Source: Macrostomum lignano (lineage: Eukaryota). Taken from it: DNA of 64,000 bases. The notes below the pieces were generated by a model, which was not told the origin of the DNA, ran no database searches, and saw nothing but the letters and a program-made list of their open reading frames with translations. The first letter of the stretch is position 1; each line of letters starts with the position of its first letter. The translations under genes and the position numbers were made by a program. The DNA is taken from NCBI GenBank assembly GCA_002269645.1, contig NIVC01000647.1:248001-312000 (forward strand), read 5' to 3'. This document shows, in pieces, positions 24,057-35,619 of the stretch.

Positions 24057-24244
24057 TGTTGTGTCTTTTGTTTTTTGTGACAAATCAAAGGAATGAGTCT
24101 GGAACTAAAAATGTTAAATTAACTAGCCAATCCTTGGCTCTTGTCTTTTTATTTATTTCTGCAAGCCTAGCTTGCTCTTGTTACGCGTAGATCACTAAAG
24201 CGTACAGTGCGCTTAGAAGCAAAGCTTGGCTTATAGTCACAGCA
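24057..24244 (-). repeat. 5' LTR (188 bp)
   Basis: Direct repeat of 20012-20213; followed on the minus strand by the PBS. Confidence 0.92.
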
Positions 24245-25509
24245 CTGACCTTCTCATAGCCAGGGCCATTTTTTTGCCTTGTTTTTTATAGTTTAAGATG
24301 CCTAATATTTATATTGGTTTAAGAAAAGGTTTAAGTATAGTTTACTCTCCTTTCTATTTCTTAGGCCTATCTGCCTTAAATAAGGTTTTAGTCATTTTGT
24401 CTATTAAACCAACATGTCTACTATCAAATTATCTACCAAAATATATACAAGTAAGCTCATCTGCCAGTAACTTATCTGCCACTAACTTGTCTACCAATGG
24501 TATTTAATTAGGCATACATTTTAATAATCTAAGCTTCAAATTTAAATTATACTTAAAGCTGATAAATATTGATTAAAAGTGTATATAAAATATGAAAAAT
24601 TTCTGCATTTTAAAGATTAAAATAATAATATACATGTAAAATTCATCATTTAAATATATACTTGAATGGCATTTATATGTTTAGCTATTACAAAATTATT
24701 TACCCTCATTTATATCTTCTTAGACAGTGGTAATACAGCACCTCCAATTAAAGGAGTGGTTGGGTAGTCACCCCTTCTTCTAGCAAAATTTTATAATTAG
24801 AGCAGCGTATATTCTAAAATCTCACAAAATATATATAATAAGCTTTTGCTAAAAAAATATAGTTGGTCACCTTATAGAGAGATAAAAAGGTAGATATCTC
24901 CCAGGGGGATAGAAGGGTACTCACCCAGCTAGGAGCAGCAAGCTCCTCTGCCCTCTACCTGCATTGCCACTGCCTTTAGGTTAAAGGTGGCTTTATATAG
25001 GCCAAAGCCATCTTCTCTACTTTATTGAATAATCAATATTATATAGTAGAGGGCCTATGGATTTTATATATACACCTGATTCCAATCTCTAAAATTTCAT
25101 ATGATACTCCCGGTGTAAAAAAAGTCGTCGTTCGGACTCGTACATGTCAGGGTCCCCGGGTACGACCGCGGTACAAAGTATTTTAGTCGAAAAGACGTCT
25201 TTTTCTTACCAACAGCGAACGATTTCCGGACTGTGGAAAAAGCGTTTCATACTACTTATAGCCGGATTCAGTAGAGTGTACAACATGTGTTTTGGATGCG
25301 TTTTGCTAAAATAATAGTTGATAAAATATTAGCACTAGCTATGCGTGCAGATTCGATGTTAGAAATGAGAAGAAGAAAGACAAAGCAGTTGTTTAAAAAT
25401 GTAAAGCCGAACGCTTTATTTTAGCATTGAGTTAAGCTAAAGTTTAGCATTAAACTAGCAAGTTTAAGTTTGTGATTGCTTAAGTATAAACGTGTATAAA
25501 TGTATAAAA

Positions 25510-27758
25510 TTAGTCACTGGAGCTGTCACTGCTGCTAACGCGAGGGTACTTCGACGCTGGACCTCGACAGCCCGTCTGTCGCTGCTGACGGCCAGCCGCT
25601 CGCTGCCGATGGCCTTGCGCTGCAACAGCTTGCTGTTGAATGCCCTCCTGTCTCGCCGCTCCAGCTTCCCTAGGCTCGAGCGTCCGGCGGCGCCTTGCGG
25701 CCTGCCTCTCTGCGGCGTGCTTCAGAAGGTCTTTCAGCGTCTTCTCTACATCGTACTCGGAAGGCCGCCTGGCCTCCTCTGGGTACAAAGCGATGATGGC
25801 CTCTGAGGAATCGAAAGGGAGATTGGATTTTTGGATGCAAAGTGAATAACTGGAATAGCAGGCTTAATTTCCTTCAACTATTTTCTCACCCCTCTGCATT
25901 TATTCGCACGTTCTGAACGCTCTGCAGTTTTGTGCTTAAGGATTTTATCAGATGTGATCGGGACTACTGCTATAAGTAAGATAGTAAGATTGCACATGTT
26001 GAAAACTTTACAATAAAAATTGTGTTCGCACAAAGATTTAGAATTTTTTTTGCGCTTGTGAAATTTGTGAAATTTAGCGCTTGTGAAGCGACCCCGATTT
26101 TTCGTGAATTCATCCCTTTCCTACTCTCAATTACAACCCCTTGAAACACTCCCAAGGGTATGCATGGCATGATATTGAGCAGGAAAAACTCACCTAGGAA
26201 GACGTCCAGCGCATTTCTGAAAGCCAAGAAGGAGTCCGTCACTTGGACATCTGGGTGCTCATCCAGAAGTCGTCTGGCCATGTTCCTACCGGACCAGTTC
26301 ACGAGGCATTGTAGTTCCGGCGACAGGCATTTATTTAGCATGCGCTTGACAGTGTCATGCGTACTAGCAGCCCGGCATCCGAGTAGACTTGGAGCCTGTT
26401 TTGTGGGAAATTCATTTGGAAATAATATCACAGAACTCTCAATATTTGCCATATGGTGCATTAGCCATGCTTACTGTGTTCTTACCAAGTTGCTTCGCTC
26501 CGCTCGTGAAGTGATGAAGCGAATGTAATCCGGCCAGGAATTGATCGGGCGAAAGTTGTCGCGCCTAGTCGAATCTGCCACGACTGCCCCGTGTTGCGGA
26601 TGTACCTGCATTCGTCGATTGAGTACAGCCACTTGAGCGGACAGACCCTCAATGATGGTGGATAACTCCCTCTGCAGCGTTTTTACGGCCTCGTGCGTCT
26701 CGCAAGCTCTGCGAGTAGCCAGAGTGGCTAGGTATGCGACGCTACACATGGACTCCGGATCGAGTCCCAGGCCTATCAGCTGCGCTGGAATGTCCCGCAA
26801 CGCTGAGGGGTGGAACCCGAGGCCGCTCGAAGCTGCTCCGCCCTCAGGCCGGTCCTGCTCTGTGCTCTTGGAGACGGTACTTGGAGGCTCATAAGCACCG
26901 TGACCGCTTCCAGAAGCTTCAGAGACTGCTCTGGACTCATCTGACACAAGCTGCCGAAACGGCCGCTGCATCAGTGTTGGCATTGACGACAGTGTCGGTC
27001 GCATCCCACTTGGTGTGCTGAGGGGTGTGGAACGAAGTGTCGACATCGGCAATGACGGCAGTGTCGGTCGCAGCGCACTTGGTGTGTCGAGGGGTGCCGA
27101 AGGAGTAAGGGTGCAGTCGCCTTCCTGATCCTTCTCGCTTTCCTCAGACGTTGGCATGTTCTGTGAATCAATACATGTAGAAGATAGAATCAAATTCTGA
27201 GATAATGTCCGTAGCGAATATCCTAATGAATCAGTCGTTCAGCATCGCCTCATCCTTCTGGCGCCTTCCACCCCATACAGCAGAGCTGCTCACCTCCATC
27301 CTCACCGCATCGCACTCTCAGTCTCGTCTGCTCTCACTCTCACCCTCACATATACTATGCACTAATAGGAAAGGTATCCAAAGGTATGTGGAAAGACTCA
27401 CATCGATCGGCGAGATTCGATTCCGCTGACCGCAATTAACTCGCCGAATCGCTTTGAGAAGAGAGTCCAGCGTCTTCTTCTTCTCGATGCGCATTCTGCG
27501 GAGATGATGAATGGTTGGCGCGCTGTCTGTCTCTGGGTCCAGCACCACTTGCAGTATGATGGCTGAATACCACTCTTCGCCGTACTCTGCCCGCACCTCC
27601 ATTCGCGTTGGCTCGTACATTCGCGCCTCGTCCATTGCTCGCCAGTCATCGGACGTGAAGCCTTGGTAGTGGCCGAGTGTCAGTTCCTCCTCGGACTTCT
27701 CCAGAATTTGGCCGTCGTCCATGAAGAAAATAATGAAGCGAATGCCCGCGCTTGACAT
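25510..27758 (-). CDS. Spliced BEN/DUF4806-like putative DNA-binding protein inside the CACTA-like element
   Basis: Segments 27758-~27430 (IIFFMDDGQIL...EYGEEWYSAIIL), ~27160-26486 (low complexity plus coiled coil), ~26395-26194 (DTVKRMLNKCLSPELQCLVNWSG) and 25802-25510 (EAIIALYP...DVEKTLKDLLKHAAER). Joins at 26486 and 26194/25802 have GT/AG ends in compatible phase. The C-terminal part resembles the recalled DUF4806/BEN pattern. Confidence 0.6.
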
Positions 27759-29189
27759 GTTGCAATGTAATGTAATGCTGGTGCTGGAAATATAATGCCG
27801 ACTGTGAAGATATCGAATTTTGCAGAAAGAGTGGGAAATTCAGTTTTTTACTGTTTGCAGGATAATTTTACTGCATAAAAGCTCAGCCTTGCCCAGTTCC
27901 CTCTCTCAACCCCACCACCCTCCACATTCAAGACCTCCCGACCAATCCTATCCCTCCATTCCACCCGCCCAGCCCCAATCAATTTCTCCATCCCGGCTCC
28001 TACCTTGCTCCGACCCTTTACGGACGAATCAATTTGTATATCCCATGTTCAATACCTACCAGATAACTCTACTCTAATATGCATTTTTTATTTTCTATTG
28101 TACTCTGTACCGTATTCAATAGTCTTGAAAAATGCCACCTAAGAGAAGGCGCACTGAAGGAGACAGTAATAGACAGTACTGGCAGCCTCTACCAATATCC
28201 GTATGAGTCCTCCCGCCTCCAAATCGGCTTCTATTCCGAAGGCCGCGCAATTTTTTTCTATAGTGCCAGACAGGAAGTGTTTCATGCTCCCCATGATGAT
28301 TCTTGGATTGTTATTTCATTGACTAGTTTGGAGTGATTCGCTACTGATTTAATTAGCTCGTATTTTCATTCTTGTGAAGCAAGCAAATCTCTAAGTTACC
28401 TGGCAACTATAGATATATCAATGACTGCTTATTATAATGCCGACATTCCTTGTGTTTAGTGCCGACCCGTTTGAATTTATCTATCCACATATCTCTGTAT
28501 GGAACTGTCCAAGAATTGATGTGGCTAAATGTAGAAAAACAGACAGTATAACCTGACTTGTTGTGGCCCGCGTAAATATGTTCTATCTTCTATTCGCAGT
28601 CGCAACTGGCAATATCAATACACAGAGACTGAGAACGCTACCTCGAGAACGCTAGACTGGTTTTCTTTTCTCTACTTTGCTCTCTTTTTTGCTTTGTTGA
28701 AGGCCTTTTTAGACTATTAACCAAGATTTATAGCTGTAAGCTAACAGAAATCGTGGAACCAATACTATTCATGGTCTGTGAACCCTAGACCATGCCTGGA
28801 TCAAACAAAGAAACTTTTTTATCGGGGGGGGGTATGACAGCTGGTCGTGGCCATAAAAACGTCGGAAGGAAAGGCTCGAGAGGCTTCGAGTCTACACACG
28901 CTATATCCCTGGCAATTCAGTTTGAAATAAAATTGATACATACTTCCCTCCCAGAGACTTCTAAATATAACAGCTGTTATCTTCAGAGCTCTCTGATACT
29001 TCCCCACCAACACACTGCCCGATTGTTTGCTACCAACAGACCTTTGAAATAGTTCCTTTTCTGTTCCAACTCAGTCTCATAAAGTAAACAACCATATAAA
29101 TTTTAACGTAGATTGTAGTTCAGCTCTGGCTGCTTCAATGGCTTCGAAAAGGACACATTTGAAACAGCTAGAATTAGAATCCTATAGGG

Positions 29190-29448
29190 AGTGGATGAGA
29201 GTTTGAGAGAAAAGATAAGTGAGAAGAAAGGAGATAAGAGGAGAGGAGAGAGGCGAGGAGAGGAGAGAGGCGAGCAGAGGAGAGATGCGAGGAGATAAGA
29301 GGAGAGCAGGATCGAAAGATAACTGAGAAGAGACAAAACTTGATGGCTGGATTGCCATTTGCAATTCTAAATGTGTCCAAGGGCCCGAGGGCCGGATGGA
29401 GAGGCTTTGGCCTGCGGACCGGAGTTTGCCCACCCCATGGTAGCTCTC

Positions 29449-29526
<78 letters not shown>

Positions 29527-29530
29527 TCTC
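29190..29530. repeat. (AG)-rich and (CT)n microsatellites flanking a hAT-like terminal fragment
   Basis: GGAGA/GA repeats at 29190-29330 and (CT)n at 29445-29530. 29370-29438 ends GGCCTGCGGACCGGAGTTTGCCCACCCC, similar to hAT-Charlie-type termini. Confidence 0.6.
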
Positions 29531-29761
29531 TATGGTCGTTTCACAAACCCTAATTTTCACAACGAGGCTTTTCATATTGCTTGTTCTGCTTCTAGAACCA
29601 GAACCAATTTGTAAAGTATAACTTTTTGTCTCCTTAACTAGAGGGATATACTTGCTATAAACTCTTAATTATTGAATGAAAATCGCCAAGAAGAAAGTGA
29701 AAAATTGTGCAAAGTGAGGCTAGGCTGTTAAGGCAAATTGTACTATATTGTGTATAGTTTA

Positions 29762-29928
29762 CAGTGGCGAAGCTAGGGGCGGGGGCGGTCGCCCCCTTAG
29801 GCAGAGACCGAAAAAAATCAAAGGGGGACCAAGCGAATTTCTGCCAAAAACAGAGCCACCCCTCCGCCCCCTCCCGGGCTTTACCCTTCAGAATCTCCCC
29901 CCTTAAAAAATTTCTGGTTGCGCTACTG
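29762..29928. mobile_element. Possible small MITE with imperfect CAGTGGCG / CAGTAGCG termini
   Basis: Starts CAGTGGCGAAGC and ends GTTGCGCTACTG, with a GC-rich GGGGCGGTCGCCCC interior. No clean TSD. Confidence 0.4.
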
Positions 29929-30330
29929 CTATCTAGCGTACTCTATGGCTTAATAATATAAGTTGCATGCATTAATATCCAAATATAATATAATATAATA
30001 TCCAAATACACTAATCTTAATCTAAATATACTAAATCTCTAAGGACACTACCACGCGTTGATTGTAATGAAAGAATCGTTAACCAGTATCATAACTAATT
30101 AAGTCATATTTTTACCCGTAAACAAGAATCATAGGTACGCATTTAAATGTTCCTTTTTAGAGGACTGGACCCTTCTGTCTGATCTGCGGGAAGAAGCAAG
30201 CAATCTATCGGATCACCCGCGGGAAATCTAACACGATCTCTGTAACATAGTGCGATAGGGTTGCTCGCTTGACAACAATTAAGTAAAGAAAACTCAAAAT
30301 GTTGATTCTGAGTTTTCTTTACATATATAT

Positions 30331-30408
30331 TGCTCCTTGATGGCGCTGGCGAAGGCTTCGGGGCCCTGGTCCACCAAAATCTGGCGCCAGCCCTTCGGCG
30401 GCTCAGTG
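30331..30408 (-). pseudogene. Isolated 26-codon fragment resembling pyruvate carboxylase
   Basis: Translates TEPPKGWRQILVDQGPEAFASAIKE after an AG acceptor. Compare the recalled yeast PPSGWRQVLLEKGPAEFA and human [22 protein letters not shown]. The expected downstream LLMDTTFRDAHQS is absent. Confidence 0.7.
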
Positions 30409-32764
30409 CTACATTGAGCTCATTCACTTTCTGTTTTCCCGAAATTTCTGAGTTTTAAACCCACGCCCAACATTGCTAAACTCGCATTTACACGGATCAG
30501 GTGCGCACTGAAAATTTGACCAACTTCTTTTCCAAATTCAAAAACTCTGGCACTGCAAAATATTTACATAATCGAAAAGTGATTGTACGCAATTAATAAC
30601 TAGTTAATTTGGTATTTTTAATAAAAAGCAGTTATCACTCAGGGTATTGTCCTTTTTGGTGAACCCTACTGTCAAAAGTAGTAAGGCATGGTCAGACTTA
30701 CTGTTGATGCATTTTACGCGACACCCCAATCAAAAATGTAGATTTAAAAGATAGTTTAAAAATGAGTCTATAAAAAACGAAAATATAAATTCACACAAAA
30801 GAATAATTTGTTTTCAACTGAAAGGCTAATGTCCCGCGACTGCAATCTCGAAGCCCCAAAACACAAAACACAAAAGTTTGAAAAAGAAACTTCGCCAACT
30901 TTTCTACTATCACAAGTAGTAAATTATGCAACTGGAGAATTATCAAGGGTCATTTTTCATCTGACATATCTTTTTAAATCGGACTGTCAAAAAGTGCTAG
31001 TTGTCAGTACACAAAGGTGAATACTTGAAAATAAACCCAAAACTAACCGAAATCACAGCAAAAGGGACATTTATACGGCGTTAGAAAAAAATTGCATTTT
31101 TTGAGGAGTCGGATCAAAACGGACCATTAGGGACGAATAACGGACCCACATAAGTACAAAGATGACAAACTTTTTAGCCATGAAGTTACTGAAATATGGC
31201 TCTTTAGAGTGATTTAATGTAAAAACTAGATATTTTTTCCTAAAGCAGACGCAACCCCAATGAGGACCCGTCGGGGTCCGAAAGACGTCCGCTTGACCCC
31301 ACTTTTTACACCGGGCTACTTCCAATATAGCATTAAAAGTATATAGAAAAACTGTATACACATTAATAAAAAATATACAGATAGGTATTATAAATAACCT
31401 GATTGTAATTTATATACATATTAAATCTATAGACAATATACCAATCTAAAAAAATAGATAGTAAATATATTCTACAGGCTTAAGCTAGGCCTAGCATAAT
31501 TTATAACTGCAATAAATATTTTGATGGGAAGTGGGAACCAGAAAAAACACCATTTTTGCCTCACAATCTTACATCATTACATGCCAGTGATTTTAATAGC
31601 CACTAAGTAGAAATCTAGAATACCATATAATATTTAACTTTATTAAATGCGACTTGTGAAATGTAAGACTTGAGCAAATATACAGTTATTATAAGATTTC
31701 TTTCTGAGAATATATTCAACAGGATCCGAAGAGCTCAATACTTATTATGTATTTTAGTTATGAAATGAATAAAATTTTAGAATTTAAAAAGGAAACATAC
31801 ATCATCAGCATTGAAACGAAAGTGGGTACTATTACACTAGCAAGAGTAAAAAACTTGATTAATTACATTCTTTTAATACCTGAATTTTAATAACTGGGCT
31901 ATGTCCTACATGTACGAGTATGACCGAGATCGAAAAATAGCACGCGCACGTGTCCGTCGTGTCGGACAGTAAATGAATGAATGAATTGAATCTTATGCTG
32001 AACTTTATAATAGTTCTAGGAAACTTAGTGCATTTGAAATCATCACTGTTCTTAACAAAATTGCTCACACGTGTACTTACTTTCTAAAGTATATATAGAG
32101 TTCTGATACAGCATTTTTTGTCTCCTAATTGTATGTTTACTTTTAATTAGCTAATATACGTACAATTAATGCAATTTTGTTGTTGCAGTTGGAGAAGTTG
32201 TTACGGGGGCTTTTCACATTACCAATTCCTGCAGAACCAGAATCGATTTGGATCTTCCAAGAAAAAAAGCAGTATAACTATTTAAATTTGCTGAATGTTT
32301 GACTGCCTTGCAGCTTCACTTTGCACAATTTTTCACTTTTTTCTTGGCTATTGCCATAGTTTAATAATCACAACTTTAAAGCACTTATATCCCTCCAGTT
32401 TAGGAGACAAATGTTACACTTTACAAATTGGATCTGGTTCTAGAACCAGAACAAGCAATATGAAAAGGTCTATAGTTCGTGATTTTGTATATGCTTATGT
32501 CGGAACCATTGGTCAATTGTGTTTTTTCCTGTTGAGTAATACTTATTACTGGATTTGAGTATAAAGCCTTGAATTACAGGTCATTTTTTTGAGAATGCTC
32601 TACAACAGAGCCCCCTTCTTCTAAAGATTTAAAGCAGGTTCAGCCTCCAAACCCAACCTCAATCAGGCCCACTGCCTGCTTATCCATAGATGTATATACA
32701 TGCAACATGTATACTACTTAATTTAATGTACGTTTGTATACTTGTTAAGAGAGAAGTTGAAACT

Positions 32765-33270
32765 TAAGCAGCTGGGGGCGGTCGCCATATGGATTTTATG
32801 GTGGGGGGACAAAGCCAAGAATTCAACTTGTACATGACTAAAATTCCTAAATTTCTATTATTTTAAGGATTTTGTAGTCAACGCTCATTTTGGCGCCGCA
32901 GGGACTCCCTTTGGCACCACAGGCACTCATTTTAGCGCCGCAGGTACTCCTTATAGCGCCGCAGACACTCATTTTAGCGCCGCAGCCACTCACTCAGTTA
33001 AGCGCCACAAGCACTCATTTTAGCGCCGCAGGCACTCATTTTAGCGCCACAGGCACTCATTTTGACGCCGCAGGCACTCATTTTGGCGCTGCAGGCGCTA
33101 TGTTTTGTCGCCCTGCATCAAAATGCATTCATGCAAAGCAGCAAAAACCAAAAATAAGCAAGAAGTCTACATTTTACATTTAAAATGTGGAGGGGCCAGA
33201 TACCATTACTGACCCCCCCATTTTGAAAAAGTGGGGGCCATGGCCCCACTGGGCCCCCCCCCGTGTTAAA
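32765..33270. repeat. MITE-like GC-rich ends enclosing a 21-bp tandem repeat
   Basis: GGCACTCATTTTAGCGCCGCA repeated at ~32890-33100, between GGGGCGGTCGCC... and ...GGGGCCATGGCCCC blocks. Confidence 0.55.
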
Positions 33271-33930
33271 TAAAGTTACAAATAACTCGTAAATAACAGC
33301 AGAAAGTTGAAGGTCTACGAAAGGTTCATCCGTACAACACAACATACACATAACGACAATTACAGTAGTGTCTTACTGTGAAATTATTAAGGCTCGTTTA
33401 CAACTGGCGTCAATATTTCATCACACGACTTGATTCACATTCACACCTACTTTTATTCCTTTTTGTTACATCGGTCGGAGTTGATTTGATGGATCATTTG
33501 GCGGCTACTGGGCTGTTTCAAGGGCCTTTTTTCACTAGCGAAGCTGAAATGCCTGGCAGTAGTTAAATGGAAAAGACCAAGTAACCTCCAGATGTACGCA
33601 GTTGATTGAGAATGTACATTTCTAACCCCCCAAACTCATCGCTGTTGTGGCAGCGCAGTGGAGACGAGGTTGAATGTACATTTCTGCCCTTCTCCTCTCC
33701 GCTCTATACCCCCCTTTCGTTCAGGGTAAAGTGTAGAGGGACAGGAAGGGCTATCTAGCTTTCTATATTAGCATTAGCAGCGCGGGAATGACTATATTTC
33801 ATAGAACTTAGTAAGTAAACTCCATAAACAAGATTTTTCTCCGCCTGACCTGAACTCTATCAGCAGACTTGTCAATCCGTCAACAAGAGCAAAACAGCCA
33901 CCGAAGAACAGAAAGATTCACAACATCACA

Positions 33931-34994
33931 ATGCCAGACTATTTATCGTGCGGCGCCTGTCACGCAGAATTCGAAGTGGTTGATTTCTACCTATTCCTGA
34001 ACCATAAAGTGTCCAATTGTAACGTTGGCTACTCTTCAACTAGCGTCACCGAGTCAGTTCTGGAATGCTCCAAATGTCTGCGCAAATTTCGCACCCCGTG
34101 GGCCCTGCTGCAGCACCTTCAAGCCGAGCACTGTCTGTCTTTGGCGCGAACTCTGCTTCTGCCTGGCAGTGGTGCTAGCAGTGCACCAGCCCCGTTTTCG
34201 AATGGCGGCAGGCCGCGCCCGCTTCTGGATCAGAACAGCCTGGCCGAGGCTTGCACTCAGACTACCCGATCCTGCCTGAAGCGACAGGTCTGCCCTTACG
34301 AGGAGGGCCTACCAGACGACTGCTGCTTGAAGGCTAGTAAAGAACAGCGCGCCTCCGACAGTGGCTGCTGCTGCATGGATAGCTTCGGCGCTGGCGGCTG
34401 CAGAGGCTCCTGCGGCAGTGGCGGCGGCGGCGGCGGTGACAACAGCGACGGTAAAACGGCTAAACGCCAGTCCGACTGCTGCTTGGCTGTACCAAAAAAG
34501 CGACGCATTCTGACGGCAGCGGCTGCCGATGCCTCCGCCTCTGCTAGGAAAAGTCGATCATCTGTACAGCAGCAGCAGCCGCCGTCAGCCGCCGCTGCAT
34601 CTGCTGATGCACCCGACGCCGACACTGACGCCTGCTGCGGTCTCCAGCCGGACTGCGCCCTTCTCCGTCCACCAGTTGCTAAACGCAGCGCAGAATGCCA
34701 AACGGACTTCGTCGTGCCCCTACTAGACGATCTAGACGTTGATATGCTGCTAGAAGATGCCGGCGTTGACGTTCCAACTTCCCTAGTCGGCGACATCGAC
34801 GGTGCAGGCGCCGGTGTCGCTTCTATCGCTAGCATTGTTGACTCCTCGCCGTCGGCCTTGGACCCGATTTCCTCTACGCTACGTCGTCCAATAGCCCCCG
34901 CGCCATCCAAAGCCATCCAGACTGTCAGCCGAATCGTCTCCCAGCAGCCTCTGCTCCTGCCGCCGCCTCCGCCGCCGCCTCTTCCACCTCAGCA

Positions 34995-35032
<38 letters not shown>

Positions 35033-35619
35033 TTCTTCTATCAGAATTCTACTCGTCAAATACCTTGGCCTATCAACAACAATCATGTGAGCAATCTGAG
35101 CAACTGCAAGCAGCAAAGACTAATCCCATCTCTCTGTCTTTAAATCCCATAATTATCAGCAGCAGTACTAGTAGCTCAGGCATTGAAACTTCGCCATCGA
35201 CCAGACAACCTTCTGCTTTAGCCACGTACAGCAGACCTTCGCCATCCGTTGATTCGCGCTCCGCTACCAGGGATCTTAGATTCAAGTGCAGCCTGTGTCC
35301 CCGCACCTTCCGGCAGAACATTCACCTGCGCAAGCACGTCATGTCTCAGCACAGTCACTCCAAGCCGCACAAGTGTCCCAGCTGCGACTACACCACTGTT
35401 GAGAAGAGCCATTTAACTGTGCACATTCGCAAGCACACGGGCGAACGGCCCTACAGCTGTCGGGTGTGCAACTACTCAACAGCTCAGAACTGCACCCTCA
35501 AAGCGCACTACTTGCGCAGACATCCGGGAAGTGTAGTGCATTGCAATAAGTGCCAATTAAAATTTGTCACAGAGCACGAGAGGGACAAGCACGAGCGCAG
35601 TTGCAGTCAATATTTCTAA
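33931..35619 (+). CDS. BCL11: BCL11-like (BCL11A/B family) zinc-finger transcription factor, single coding exon
   Basis: N-terminal C2HC finger DYLSCGACHAEF...FLNHK...C, second finger CSKCLRKFRTPWALLQHLQAEH (cf. BCL11 SAWFLLQHAQNTH), poly-Q linker, and a C-terminal C2H2 cluster including LTVHIRKHTGERPYSCRVCNYSTAQ. 562-aa uninterrupted ORF. Confidence 0.8.

Larger units (their letters stand above)
20012..24244 (-). mobile_element. Gypsy/Ty3 (Mag-like) LTR retrotransposon, both LTRs present, coding region degenerate
   Basis: TG...CA direct repeats at 20012-20213 and 24057-24244. TSD CTGAC at 20007-20011 and 24245-24249. PBS at 24038-24055, PPT at 20214-20225. Order gag-protease-RT-RNaseH-integrase on the minus strand. 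Confidence 0.95.
25109..31315. mobile_element. CACTA/EnSpm-like (CMC superfamily) non-autonomous DNA transposon, 6.2 kb
   Basis: Left end CCCGGTGTAAAAAAAGT (25109); the reverse complement of the right end is CCCGGTGTAAAAAGT (ends 31315). Both sides are flanked by CT (25107-25108, 31316-31317), a 2-bp TSD. Shared subterminal motifs TTCGGAC and AAAGACGTC. No transposase ORF recognised. Confidence 0.75.

Noticed and set aside
28079-28340. Possible EnSpm transposase remnant inside the CACTA-like element
   Set aside because: Only a vague KCFMLP-like word; no catalytic motifs recognised.
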